Shown: positions 35,733 through 45,496, counted from the first letter of the stretch. The stretch is 64,000 bases of DNA from a candidate division WOR-3 bacterium UBA2258 (GCA_002347155.1 DDXO01000120.1:17709-81708), one strand, 5' to 3'. The notes: a model not told the origin generated them from the letters alone. Made by a program: numbers and translations.

Positions 35733-37055
35733 ATGACTAGCGCGGTTGAGACACTGTTCCAGTACCTCTGTCCTAAGTCCCCCGTCCCTCGTCCCCCGTC
35801 CGACCAGGAACCTGAAACCAGTGACTTGGTACTTCATCCGTCCAACCAGGAACCTGAAACCAGTGACTTGGTACTTCATCCGTCCAACCAGAAACCTGAA
35901 ACTAGTAACCAAGAACTTTTGGGCGTTGACTGGAACGCCGTCATCGACACGGCTGCCCACAACAGCCTCGAGCCGCTGCTGTTCAAGCGTCTCAAAGAGA
36001 GCGGCACGCGGGCCTATGTCCCAGCAGGCTCCTGGGAAAGGCTGCGACAGGCCTACTTCAGCAGCGCCCAGAAAAACCTGCACCTCTATCGAGAACTCCG
36101 GCCGGTACTTCGCCGCCTGCGCGACTCCGGCATCCCGGTGATTGTCCTGAAGGGGGCCTTTCTGGCCGAGGCGGTTTACGGCGACGTCGCACTCCGGCCG
36201 ATGTGCGACGTCGACCTCATGGTACCGAAAGCAGAGCTGCCGAAAGCCCAGACAATCCTGCTCGACATGGGCGGCGTTCAGAAGGACCCCACAGGAAACG
36301 AGGCGTTCTGGAGGGAACACCACCACCCTCCGCCGACCTACCTCCGCGACCTCTCCATTGAGCTTCACTGGACCATCGCCGACCCCACCGGGCCCGTCAA
36401 AATAGACCCTGCCGGGCTCTGGTACAGGGCGCAACGAGCTACGATAGCGGGCGTCGAACTGCTGGCGTTATCCCCTGAAGACCTGTTGGTCCACCTCTGT
36501 GTGCACTTCGGCGGTGAACACCATCTCAACGGATTGCGCTCCTTCTGCGACATCACTGAGACTATTCGCCTCCGCGGCGGAGACATGGACTGGCAGCAGG
36601 TCGTAGACTCGACTCGCGAGTGGCTTGCTGCAAGATACGTAGGCCTGACACTCCATCTCGCCCGACGCCTGGTGGGCGCGGGCGTACCGGATGATGTGCT
36701 TGAACGGTTAGTCCCCGGTGGCATTGACGAGCACGTACTGGAATTGGCGAGGCAGCTCGTACTTGCCGACACCGGTTATGCCCCGTGGTCACCGGTTTCC
36801 GGCCTCGTAGGCGCCAGGTCATTCAATGACAAGACAAAGCTGCTGTGGCAGCGGGTCTTCCTTTCACGTGACGAAATGGCCAGGGTCTATCCCGGCTCTC
36901 GCGAATCGCGCTTTCTCTGCCGCTACTACGCGCTGCGGGTCAGGGATGTCATACGGAATCGTGGGGCGACCGTAGTGAAGCTGGCCAGGAGTCCTGACTT
37001 CGCAGAGAGCACTACGGAGAGTGCGGTCGTGGCCAACTGGCTGAGATCCGGGTAG
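35733..37055 (+). CDS. nucleotidyltransferase family protein (NTP_transf_5-like, as found in lasso/sactipeptide clusters)
   Basis: ...GIPVIVLKGAFLAEAVYGDVALRPMCDVDLMVP... The ORF N-terminus is encoded by a 45-bp tandem repeat (EPETSDLVLHPSNQ x2.5); the true start may be downstream of the repeat. Confidence 0.7.
   Translation: MTSAVETLFQYLCPKSPVPRPPSDQEPETSDLVLHPSNQEPETSDLVLHPSNQKPETSNQELLGVDWNAVIDTAAHNSLEPLLFKRLKESGTRAYVPAGSWERLRQAYFSSAQKNLHLYRELRPVLRRLRDSGIPVIVLKGAFLAEAVYGDVALRPMCDVDLMVPKAELPKAQTILLDMGGVQKDPTGNEAFWREHHHPPPTYLRDLSIELHWTIADPTGPVKIDPAGLWYRAQRATIAGVELLALSPEDLLVHLCVHFGGEHHLNGLRSFCDITETIRLRGGDMDWQQVVDSTREWLAARYVGLTLHLARRLVGAGVPDDVLERLVPGGIDEHVLELARQLVLADTGYAPWSPVSGLVGARSFNDKTKLLWQRVFLSRDEMARVYPGSRESRFLCRYYALRVRDVIRNRGATVVKLARSPDFAESTTESAVVANWLRSG
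35805..35905. repeat. 45-bp tandem direct repeat, ~2.5 copies
   Basis: ccaggaacctgaaaccagtgacttggtacttcatccgtccaac x2, then a degenerate partial copy. Confidence 0.75.
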
Positions 37056-37223
37056 CGCATCTGTCGCACGCGCTGCTGGGTCTGGGGCCAGCGCCGTGGC
37101 CCCAGCTTCCGTCGATTCTGAGTCCCCTAACCTCTCGCCTCCGACTGCCGACCCGGGCCAGGCCAAGGCTCGCGGATTCTCTGACTTGCCTGGAGCCGGG
37201 CAGTTGTCGCGGCGCTTCTCAGG

Positions 37224-38213
37224 TCACAGCTTCGGGTCGCCATCACCTGACACCGGTTCCCGGCGTGACTTATGTTGGCTGCGGCGGATATCCTCAAGCA
37301 TCAGTACAGCGCGGGCGGCAGCTACGCCAGGCACGCGTGGTAGCCGTGCGAGCAGTCCGCGCAGCGGGTATGCAAGCGCCACAGCCAGAGCTGCCTGTGG
37401 CCGGTAGGCGATGCCTAGCTGGCAGTGGATCAGCCGGAACCCGAGTCTCTGCAGGACATCGTTGTAGCTGGTGTCGTGTAGAACCGTACGAGTACCGTTC
37501 AGGAGCTTCATACCGCGCTTCAAGACGTACTCCTCCTGAAGAGTGCGCGTGAGCGCGAACACGACACGATTTCGGAGATGGTGAGGATGATAATACAAGT
37601 ATGACTGATGCACCCACTCGCCGCCGATGATTCTCTCGCAAAAGGCCGCCAGTTCACCCGCGACCAGTACAGCCCAGTGTTCAAAGGGACCGTCGGCCTT
37701 GTTGAGCATATACTCGGACCACGCCCATTCATGCCCCGGCCGCAGCCCCCGGCTCGACATGGCGGCGACGTAGCACGAGTAGCCTCGCTCGGCCAGCCAG
37801 CCGGGCTCGGCTCTTTGTACGGAACATCGCTCATACCCGATGTGGACGTGACGCCGGTCTCTCTTGCCAAGAGCCTCCAAGTCCGGGACGCTGTCGCACA
37901 CTACGTAATACCAGCCTGTTGGCTCCTGCGAAATGTGACCGGCGTAGCGCAGCAGCCACGCACGTGACTCGCGGAGTAGCCGGACGGCCTCATCGTTCTG
38001 TAGGACCACCGGGACCGGTACGTCGTCCACGGGCAGAAGTACATGTCTGTTGACGCACCATACGATTCCGCCGCCCGAATAGAGGCGTATGCCGCGTGCA
38101 CGCAGGTAATCTACCCGACTGGGCCGGTTTGCTGCTCCCGCGCTTCCTGGAACTCCGCCCGCACTACCCAACTGCAGACCTCCCTGGCGTGTGTGTGAAC
38201 GCAAACCGTACAC
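37224..38213 (-). CDS. hypothetical protein (possibly FemAB/GNAT-like), last gene of the polysaccharide locus
   Basis: Coding-like. No family assigned. Confidence 0.3.
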   Translation of the reverse strand: MYGLRSHTRQGGLQLGSAGGVPGSAGAANRPSRVDYLRARGIRLYSGGGIVWCVNRHVLLPVDDVPVPVVLQNDEAVRLLRESRAWLLRYAGHISQEPTGWYYVVCDSVPDLEALGKRDRRHVHIGYERCSVQRAEPGWLAERGYSCYVAAMSSRGLRPGHEWAWSEYMLNKADGPFEHWAVLVAGELAAFCERIIGGEWVHQSYLYYHPHHLRNRVVFALTRTLQEEYVLKRGMKLLNGTRTVLHDTSYNDVLQRLGFRLIHCQLGIAYRPQAALAVALAYPLRGLLARLPRVPGVAAARAVLMLEDIRRSQHKSRREPVSGDGDPKL

Positions 38214-38285
38214 TCGCCGCTCGAAAGCGGACGTGCCCCGCTTCCAGCCACAGCTCGCGGGGTCTGTGCTGTCGGGCCGGCACCA

Positions 38286-39560
38286 CTAGTGGACTACCCT
38301 CCGGTCGAGCGTAGCGGCGACGTGTTCAATGTGCCTGACCATGGCTCCGTACACCTTGTCGGGATGGAGCTCAGTTTCATAAAGCCGAATCGCCTGTCTC
38401 CGCATCTCCGCGAGCCGCGACGCGTCCGCAGCGAGGTCCGAGATAGTGCGGGCGAGAACCTCCGGGGCACGATTGGGGTAGGTGACCCCGCAGCCAGAGC
38501 GCCGCAGCAATTGCTCAAGCGAGCCCTCCACGCTCGACAGAATAGGCAATCCCGCAGACAAGTACTCAATCACCTTGATTGGATAGCTTCTGACCAAAGA
38601 ATATGTGCTTGCGTACGGAACAAGCCCGACGGATGCCAGGCGCAGGAGGGCCCAAATCTTCGCCCGGTCCACCCAGCCGGGCAGCATCACATTCTGGCAT
38701 TCGCGAGCCAGATTGCGGTAGTACTCAAGACTGTCGCCGGTCCCGCAGAGCACGAACCTGCATTTGGGGCAACTCTCTCTCAACTGCCGGGCGGCCAGAA
38801 TAACTGCATCGAGGTCAAGCAGCCGGCGCGTTCCCAGGCTGCCGGCCAAGCACAGCACGAAGTCCGATTCGCGCAGACCACGGGAGTGCCAGTATCCTCG
38901 GGCCTCGGTGAGCTGGGCATCGGTGGGAGTCCACGTATCGTTGGCCAGCGGGAAGCTCCCATCCAGTTCCGACACGTCCCTGCCGGCGCAGGACGCGCCC
39001 CATTCAACAAATGCCGGCGTAATCCCCAGCAGCCCGGTGGCCTTCCGACATGCCTGGGCTGCCATCCTGAAGTAGGGAGTCAGGGCAACCCTGCCGATGC
39101 CCCTGAGCCAATCCGGGACAACGTCCAACATGACTCTTGGCCACAGGTCCCTTATGTCCAATACAACCGGCACGTCCCTCTCTCTCCCGTACCGCGTCGC
39201 CTCATAGCTCATGTCGAGGGTCGGGAACGAACAGACGATGACATCAGGCCTGGCCTCGGTCCGGGCGTACCTGCGAAACTTGCGGCCGATAAGCCAGTGG
39301 TTCACAACTCGCGCGACCGAGACATTCTTGCTGTACGATGTCGCGTGCAGCAGCCGGTAGGCAAGCTGCGGGCTCACGTCAACTCGCGAGTCCCTGTCGG
39401 CCTCGTGCCGCTTTCGCGCGTGGTCGAAGGTCGAACCCCACCAGAGCACGTGATGACCGGCTTCCATCAGGTGGTCGGCGATGTTGCCCGCACGGAACCT
39501 CCGATCTTCCGGATGGAAGTAGGGAAGGGGATCGCCGATGTCGATCAGCCAGACGCGCAT
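38286..39560 (-). CDS. glycosyltransferase family 4
   Basis: MRVWLIDIGDPLPYF...; C-terminal E-x7-E-like region ...YPIKVIEYLSAGLPILSS. Confidence 0.85.
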   Translation of the reverse strand: MRVWLIDIGDPLPYFHPEDRRFRAGNIADHLMEAGHHVLWWGSTFDHARKRHEADRDSRVDVSPQLAYRLLHATSYSKNVSVARVVNHWLIGRKFRRYARTEARPDVIVCSFPTLDMSYEATRYGRERDVPVVLDIRDLWPRVMLDVVPDWLRGIGRVALTPYFRMAAQACRKATGLLGITPAFVEWGASCAGRDVSELDGSFPLANDTWTPTDAQLTEARGYWHSRGLRESDFVLCLAGSLGTRRLLDLDAVILAARQLRESCPKCRFVLCGTGDSLEYYRNLARECQNVMLPGWVDRAKIWALLRLASVGLVPYASTYSLVRSYPIKVIEYLSAGLPILSSVEGSLEQLLRRSGCGVTYPNRAPEVLARTISDLAADASRLAEMRRQAIRLYETELHPDKVYGAMVRHIEHVAATLDRRVVH

Positions 39561-39785
39561 GACCCTAGTTCACTTCCCTGGAACCGAGACTGAAACCGCG
39601 AACGAGAGACACGAAGCGACAAGAAGTCATCCACTGATTACGCAGATTACACCGATGGTCTCAAGCCCGAGTCTGCGGAATCCGTGGCATCTGTGGATAT
39701 CCGCTCTGGCTCCCATTCCGTGTCTCAACTGCGACGGCAAGACCGGGCGCCCGCCGAATCTGCCGGACGAAACCTCCACGTAGTC

Positions 39786-40511
39786 CTACGGTTGGTTGGG
39801 GGCCATTTCCTCAACTGTAGAGGCCTTGGCTGCGTCGTTGAGGACACGGCGCGACTCCGGCCCGCAGTTGAAGAGCAGGTCTATGGCTGCGAGATTCGGG
39901 ATGAACGGTTCGCCCTGCTGGGCGTAAACCGGGTGAGCCAGCCGCACAAACCGGTGGTGAAGGCCCTGCCTCCGGAACTCCTCCACATCTACGTAGGACT
40001 TCCCACCCCAGCCTGAGACGTAGGTGTCGCATCCTGCCTTTCGGCACATGTCGATGAGCATCGCCGTCTTCTCACCAGTGACATTGCACTGCGAGCTACT
40101 CAGAACCTCCTTCTCTATGCCGAAGCACTTCATCAGGTAGTGCGTTATGGCGAGGCTGAGGTCAACGAGACGCGGCGAGGCCTTCGTATAGACCTCCTCG
40201 AAGAAACCGCGGTGGTCCTCGAAGAAAGGCGCATTGTGGTAGTTGAGGGATATAGTCCGCCAGTGCTTCCGCGCCCAGGGCAGGGAGTTATCTATGAGTA
40301 CTTCGTCCGTCCTCTGGTAGAACCTGCCTTTGGTCAGCACGGGGACGGTCAGGAGAATCCGGTCGGTGCGGCCGCGAACGTAGTTCCGATTCTGGAACAG
40401 CTTCTTTTCAAACTGCGCGTGGTCCACGAACATGAACTTGTCGCACTGGGTCATCTTATAGAAAACGCCGAGATAGGGCAGGTACGCGGGTTGGTGGCCG
40501 GCGAGTTTCAA
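39786..40511 (-). CDS. WbqC-family protein
   Basis: MKLAGHQPAYLPYLGVFYKM... is the WbqC N-terminal signature (cf. 57015-57770). Confidence 0.7.
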   Translation of the reverse strand: MKLAGHQPAYLPYLGVFYKMTQCDKFMFVDHAQFEKKLFQNRNYVRGRTDRILLTVPVLTKGRFYQRTDEVLIDNSLPWARKHWRTISLNYHNAPFFEDHRGFFEEVYTKASPRLVDLSLAITHYLMKCFGIEKEVLSSSQCNVTGEKTAMLIDMCRKAGCDTYVSGWGGKSYVDVEEFRRQGLHHRFVRLAHPVYAQQGEPFIPNLAAIDLLFNCGPESRRVLNDAAKASTVEEMAPNQP

Positions 40512-40514
40512 GAC

Positions 40515-41258
40515 TCAAGCTCCCGCATCCCGGACGCCCGAGTTGCCGTCCTGCGGCTGCGCCGGCCCGTGCCGGTCGGATTGACCCGGGCGTCCACTGG
40601 TCCTGAATACCAGCCGGGACACCTCAAAGCACTCGGCGTACTCGGCCCCGATCTGCACGCCACGGGTACGTGCCAGCGAGCGGATGAACTGCTCGTCGAC
40701 ATACTCCCGCCCCAACTGCGACACGTAGCACCGGAGCGCCCGCAGCTTGGCGTCCATGTGCCGGGCCTCAAGGAAGAAGAAAGCGTTCGTGCTGAACGAG
40801 AGGTTGTTCCAGGGCACTTCGTAGCCGAGGATGGTTGTCTTCTTGAATGCCCGGAAGCCCTCCTGGGCTACAACCTGGTGGTCCTGGTGCGTGTCGGTGG
40901 AGCTGGGGAGGAACACCAAGTCCGGCTCGATCCTCCGGTTCAATTCCACCAGCCGTTCAAGTATCTGCTGTCGGAATTCCGGGAAGCGCCGCACCGGGAA
41001 GCGTTCGACCACGAGGTGCCTTTCGTCAAGAGCAAGCTCGCGCGTTGCCTTTACGACTTCGTCTGCGAGCACGTCGCGCGGCAGCCCGGCCGGCACCGAA
41101 TCCTCGGCTATCGACAAGGCCGCGTAGTGCACATCCGAGCCGTCCTCAATCAGCCGCGCAATCGTCCCGCCGCATCCGAACTCTCCGTCGTCAGTATGGG
41201 GCGCGAGAACAAGCACTCGGTCTGCAAACATGGTTTCAGACCTCCTTTCCTGTAACAT
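40515..41258 (-). CDS. PIG-L/LmbE family deacetylase
   Basis: VLVLAPHTDDGEFGCGGT and HQDH motifs. Confidence 0.8.
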   Translation of the reverse strand: MLQERRSETMFADRVLVLAPHTDDGEFGCGGTIARLIEDGSDVHYAALSIAEDSVPAGLPRDVLADEVVKATRELALDERHLVVERFPVRRFPEFRQQILERLVELNRRIEPDLVFLPSSTDTHQDHQVVAQEGFRAFKKTTILGYEVPWNNLSFSTNAFFFLEARHMDAKLRALRCYVSQLGREYVDEQFIRSLARTRGVQIGAEYAECFEVSRLVFRTSGRPGQSDRHGPAQPQDGNSGVRDAGA

Positions 41259-42150
41259 ATGTGCCGTTTCTCATCCGTCCTGCCGTATCATCCTGCTCTC
41301 CTCGGACCGGCCCGACTTCGCGGGCGGCACCATTCAACTCCTCAAGCGCGCGCCGGTAGCTGCAGAGCTGATAGCCCGCGGTCTTGAGGAACTCGACCAG
41401 CCACACGTACCATTCCCTGTAGTCACGGTAGTAATCACTGAAATGACCGTCGTGAAAGAGGAGCGAGAAGTGGCTTACGCCTCGGGCGGCGGCGTCCCTC
41501 AAGCGCGTCATCGTGGACTCCTTTGTCTGTTCCGGAGTCTGGTTCTTCCAGGGCCGGCCGACCTGAAAGATGTGGCCGTCCATGAGGTGGATGGGAAATT
41601 CCCAGAACGTATCAGATGACCACGGGCCGGTATCGCTGAAGGTCGTTGAGCTGAACGAGTAGCCGGCCAGCTTGAGATTCATGACATCCGAACCGGAAAG
41701 CTGGACGGATGACGGCGAGAAGCCGATGTTGTGGAACCTGACGCCGACCAGGTCCTGGCCCGCGATCTCCCTGAACGTCGTGAGCTCATCCCGGGCCTTG
41801 TCGGCGGACTCGTACTCAATACCATGAACGCCCACGTCAAAACCCCGGTTCCGGATTCGCGCAATCCACTTCCGGGCGTCCGCGAGTGAATAGCAGAGCT
41901 TCCGGCCGTTCGCCACCGCGACGAAGAACGTAGAGGGAACCCCGTGAGCTTCGTCGAAGTCCATGAGTTCCTCAATATGCTGCCAGGGGCCGTTCCAAAG
42001 GGATTGAACGGCCCGTCTGACTTCGCGCCATCTCGTGTAGCCCAGGAACCACTCGATTCCGAACCGGACTGCGAACTTCGGGACGATCAGGTCTCGCACG
42101 TGCTCCCGCGCCCGGATGTGGTCCACATCGTGCGATATGATCACCTTCAC
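41236..42150 (-). CDS. polysaccharide deacetylase-like protein
   Basis: MKVIISHDVDHIRA... N-terminus (NodB/DUF-type). Family call is tentative. Confidence 0.45.
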   Translation of the reverse strand: MKVIISHDVDHIRAREHVRDLIVPKFAVRFGIEWFLGYTRWREVRRAVQSLWNGPWQHIEELMDFDEAHGVPSTFFVAVANGRKLCYSLADARKWIARIRNRGFDVGVHGIEYESADKARDELTTFREIAGQDLVGVRFHNIGFSPSSVQLSGSDVMNLKLAGYSFSSTTFSDTGPWSSDTFWEFPIHLMDGHIFQVGRPWKNQTPEQTKESTMTRLRDAAARGVSHFSLLFHDGHFSDYYRDYREWYVWLVEFLKTAGYQLCSYRRALEELNGAAREVGPVRGEQDDTAGRMRNGTYVTGKEV

Positions 42151-43131
42151 CTAGAACATGCTCCTCTTGAACAACTTGAGGGCCATCTCCAGCGGAAGCC
42201 ATGCCTTGTTCACTCGCAGGTAAGGCGTCAGTCTCCCTCCGAACCCACGGAAGTATCTCTCGATTGCCGGGACCATCGAACCCTCGAAGTCGAAAGTCTT
42301 CAGCCCCAGTTCCCGGGCATGGCGGATCGCCTCGAACATGGCCAACGCCCCTGCGCCGTGGTGCTTGCCTTCCGTGTCATACCCTCCAAGCAGATAGTAT
42401 GCTGTCCTGGCGTCGTGAACGACGAAGGCACCGGAAATCGTAACCCCGTTCGAGCGGACCACAAAGGCATAGCTGTTCTCCGGACGTGCGAAGGAGAAGA
42501 GTATCCGCTTCACGTACTCGCGCCTCACGTCCTTTCCCTGCCGCGCGAACGTCGCATCAACTAGAGTGGCGATGGCCGAGTAGTCGTCAGTCAGCTCTGC
42601 CTGCAGCCCGTCTCTGCGTGCCTTGCTGATGTTACGCCTGCGGGCCTCGGCCATATCGGCAAGAATGACCTCGTCCGTCTGGTCGAGTGAAAGCAGATAG
42701 GTGTACTGAGGTACTACCTTGTAGTCTCGCCAGAAGAAAGGCAGACAATCAGTGACCCATTGCGCCAGGCCGACCGAAGCCACGGCCGGACGCAGACGCT
42801 CCAGCAGTTCGGCAAGAGCAGCGAGCACATCGCGCCGCTCCTCCAGTTGCGCCACCGGATGCCGGGCTCGAGACTCGAAGAATGGCCCGATAGAGGGCGT
42901 GACCGGAGGATTCGTCAGCACGGTCAGCCCCAACCGGTTCTCCCGGAACAGACAGAAACCGCCTCTCAGAGCACCTCCTGCATCGTAGATTCCGTAGCGC
43001 GTGAGCGCGTCGCCGAAAAGGTCGGTCCAAGGCACAGTGTTGAACACGCTGCCGTGCTCTCGCGCCAGACGATCATACCGGCCGAGGTCGGCATCCGGGA
43101 GCAACCGCGCTTCGAATCCCTGCCCGCTCAT
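42151..43131 (-). CDS. GNAT / FemAB-like (Acetyltransf_6) protein
   Basis: Size and C-terminal half typical of the BioF2/FemAB-like acyltransferases seen in EPS loci. Tentative. Confidence 0.5.
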   Translation of the reverse strand: MSGQGFEARLLPDADLGRYDRLAREHGSVFNTVPWTDLFGDALTRYGIYDAGGALRGGFCLFRENRLGLTVLTNPPVTPSIGPFFESRARHPVAQLEERRDVLAALAELLERLRPAVASVGLAQWVTDCLPFFWRDYKVVPQYTYLLSLDQTDEVILADMAEARRRNISKARRDGLQAELTDDYSAIATLVDATFARQGKDVRREYVKRILFSFARPENSYAFVVRSNGVTISGAFVVHDARTAYYLLGGYDTEGKHHGAGALAMFEAIRHARELGLKTFDFEGSMVPAIERYFRGFGGRLTPYLRVNKAWLPLEMALKLFKRSMF

Positions 43132-44342
43132 GACTCGCCTGACGGCACGCTGCGTGTCTGCCCTCGTCCCGCTCGCGCGCGACCTTGCCTGACCCGGGCC
43201 TCCAGTTCATCATAGGCTGCGAACAGCCGCTCCTCCATCTTGTCCCAATTCCACTTCTCCTGCACCGCCCTGCGGCCATTCTCTCCCATACGCCTCAGGC
43301 CATCCTCGTCGGAGAGCATCCTCAGCACTCCAGCGGCAAGTGGATCGGAACTCGTGGAGTCATACAGCAGACCGGCCATCGACTGTTCCACGTATGGTCG
43401 AATCGACGGCAAGTCCGCTGCCAGTACCGGCAGTCCGCAGGCCATGTACTCAAACAGCTTGATGGGGATATTCCGTTTGTACTTCTGCTCCGGTTGCAGC
43501 GGAACCAGGCCGACTTTGGAACGCCCCAGGTAGCGATGAAGCTCCGCGTGAGGTACCCAGGGAACGATGGCGACTGCTTCTCTCACGCCGAGTTCGTCGG
43601 CAAGAGACAGCGCTCGACGGCGCAGCTCGGCATCCCTGAGACCTATCAGCAGCAGCCGGCAGTCGGGCCGGCCCGCGAGGATGCCGGGCATCGCTCGAAT
43701 CATGTGGAACAGGCCCCGGTCAGCGGACATGGAGCCCTGGTAAGTGATGACTGAATGATGGGAAAAAAGCTCCCGATTCTCGTCGGGGTCGGTATCTTCG
43801 CTCGGGAACAGGCTTAGTCTCGGGTAGTTGAACAGCACGCGGACCGGTACGCCCGACTCCGAGAGGTACTCCGCGGTCGGCGTGTCCGCAGTGATGATCA
43901 AATCACAGCAGCGCGCAAATGTGACCTCGAACAGCCTGACCAGCCTCGCGATAGCCGGTCGGAGCACCTTCGGGAACCGCTCCGACATCAAGGCTGCTGC
44001 CGGGTAGTCCTCGTGGGCATCGTAGACCAGACGGCATCGGAGCAGATACCTCATGGCCGGGGCAACCAAGAGGATGTCGTAGTCGTGAAAGTGCACGATG
44101 TCGGGTCCTATCCTCCAGACTGCTCGCGTCGCCGCCAGCAGCTTCAGGAGTCTGCCTGGAATTCCGTCCCTTTGTCTCAACGTGAGGCATCGAATCCTGC
44201 GTTCGGTGACCTTTCCCTGGTCGCCGTGGTCCGGGGCGACAAGCATGACATCGCTGAACTTGCGCAGCAGACTCAGGGTTTCCTTATAGAAGATTCGGTC
44301 GTCGTTGGGAGCGTGCAGGGTCGTAAGAACGAGGATTTTCAT
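43128..44342 (-). CDS. glycosyltransferase family 4
   Basis: MKILVLTTLHAPNDDRIF...; EYMACGLPVLAADLPSIRPYV. Start refined to ATG 44342, abutting the upstream stop. The ORF track starts at 44432. Confidence 0.8.
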   Translation of the reverse strand: MKILVLTTLHAPNDDRIFYKETLSLLRKFSDVMLVAPDHGDQGKVTERRIRCLTLRQRDGIPGRLLKLLAATRAVWRIGPDIVHFHDYDILLVAPAMRYLLRCRLVYDAHEDYPAAALMSERFPKVLRPAIARLVRLFEVTFARCCDLIITADTPTAEYLSESGVPVRVLFNYPRLSLFPSEDTDPDENRELFSHHSVITYQGSMSADRGLFHMIRAMPGILAGRPDCRLLLIGLRDAELRRRALSLADELGVREAVAIVPWVPHAELHRYLGRSKVGLVPLQPEQKYKRNIPIKLFEYMACGLPVLAADLPSIRPYVEQSMAGLLYDSTSSDPLAAGVLRMLSDEDGLRRMGENGRRAVQEKWNWDKMEERLFAAYDELEARVRQGRARAGRGQTRSVPSGES

Positions 44343-45496
44343 CGTCGATTGCTGCTCGCCAGTTCTTCCAGCCAGGCCGTCACTCTCCTCGCTCGCAGGT
44401 TGATGTCGAACTGCTTCGACTTCTCGAGACATGCCTGAGATATGCTCTTCCGTCGGGCCGGGTCATTCTTCAACGCCACGATAGCGTCTCGGATGGCTCG
44501 GACATCCATCGGGTCCACGCGAACCGCAACATCCCCGTCTACGATGTCATCCATGTAGCGCCCTTTGGACGTCACAATCGGCAGGCCACACGCCATTGCC
44601 TCAAGAACGGAGTTGCACGAACCCTCGACCTGCGTCGGGAGCACGAAAGCATCCGCTGCGGACAACGCAACCGGGACTTCTTCGTGTGGCAGCGTTCCTT
44701 TGAAGACGACCGGGCAACCATCAGTGCTGGCGTGGCCGGAACCTACCAGTAGCAGGGCAATCCCGGGTAGTCCCCGCACGCCATCCAGCAGGAACTCCAG
44801 ACCTTTCTTCCGGTCAAAATGGCCGACGAATGCGATGACGAACCGGTCATCGCTGATGCCGAACCGTCTCCGCGCCTCAGTACCGTTGCCCGGCCTGAAC
44901 CGGGCCAGGTCAACTCCATTGGGGAACACTCGTATCTTCGCCTCGGGAATCGCCAGATCCCGGACCAGCCCCTCTCTGACAAACGAAGAAACGGCAAGGA
45001 GCCCACTCGCGTTCTCAAAATCCCTGGTCGCCCGGTCGAAACCGAACGGCTGAACCGACCAGAACTCACCTTCACCAACCGATACGACGGACGGCTTACC
45101 GATAAGGGTACCCAGTCGTACGGCTGCATACCCTGCAGCATAAAGGAAGTGACCATAGACCAAGTCAGGTGACCAGCCGCTCCGCCGCAGTGTGCGGATC
45201 GCGCAGTTGGTGAAACTCCGTAGTGTCAGCAAGGCGGTGTTGAACCCGGGCATCTGCTTCGCTGAGAAAGAGACGTACCGAGGCCGCAGGACCCGGATTG
45301 CCGATGAACCGCCATCCTGCTCGCTGGATTCCCTTGCATCTAGCGGCCAGTTGCGGGAGGCAACCACGCTCACAGGTGCCACCACCGTACACTCCACGCC
45401 GGCGCGCGATAGAGCAAGGGCGAACTGCCTAACAAAACTGCCTCCAGCGCGCCCGTTGGCTGAAGGGTAGTTGCCAGTGAGGATCGCTAGTCGCAC
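44339..45496 (-). CDS. glycosyltransferase family 4
   Basis: MRLAILTGNYPSANGRAGG...; LEAMACGLPIVTSKGRYMDDIV. Confidence 0.85.
   Translation of the reverse strand: MRLAILTGNYPSANGRAGGSFVRQFALALSRAGVECTVVAPVSVVASRNWPLDARESSEQDGGSSAIRVLRPRYVSFSAKQMPGFNTALLTLRSFTNCAIRTLRRSGWSPDLVYGHFLYAAGYAAVRLGTLIGKPSVVSVGEGEFWSVQPFGFDRATRDFENASGLLAVSSFVREGLVRDLAIPEAKIRVFPNGVDLARFRPGNGTEARRRFGISDDRFVIAFVGHFDRKKGLEFLLDGVRGLPGIALLLVGSGHASTDGCPVVFKGTLPHEEVPVALSAADAFVLPTQVEGSCNSVLEAMACGLPIVTSKGRYMDDIVDGDVAVRVDPMDVRAIRDAIVALKNDPARRKSISQACLEKSKQFDINLRARRVTAWLEELASSNRR

Noticed and set aside
25929-37055. Lasso-peptide cluster, because an HprK-like kinase, a nucleotidyltransferase and PqqD/B1-like proteins are typical lasso accessories
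   Set aside because: No B2 transglutaminase-like protease and no cyclase are in the cluster. The precursors are long and Cys-rich with no Gly1/Glu-Asp ring pattern, and two rSAM/SPASM enzymes are present instead.
38289-39593. 434-aa plus-strand ORF
   Set aside because: Antisense to a glycosyltransferase family 4 gene with clear family motifs.
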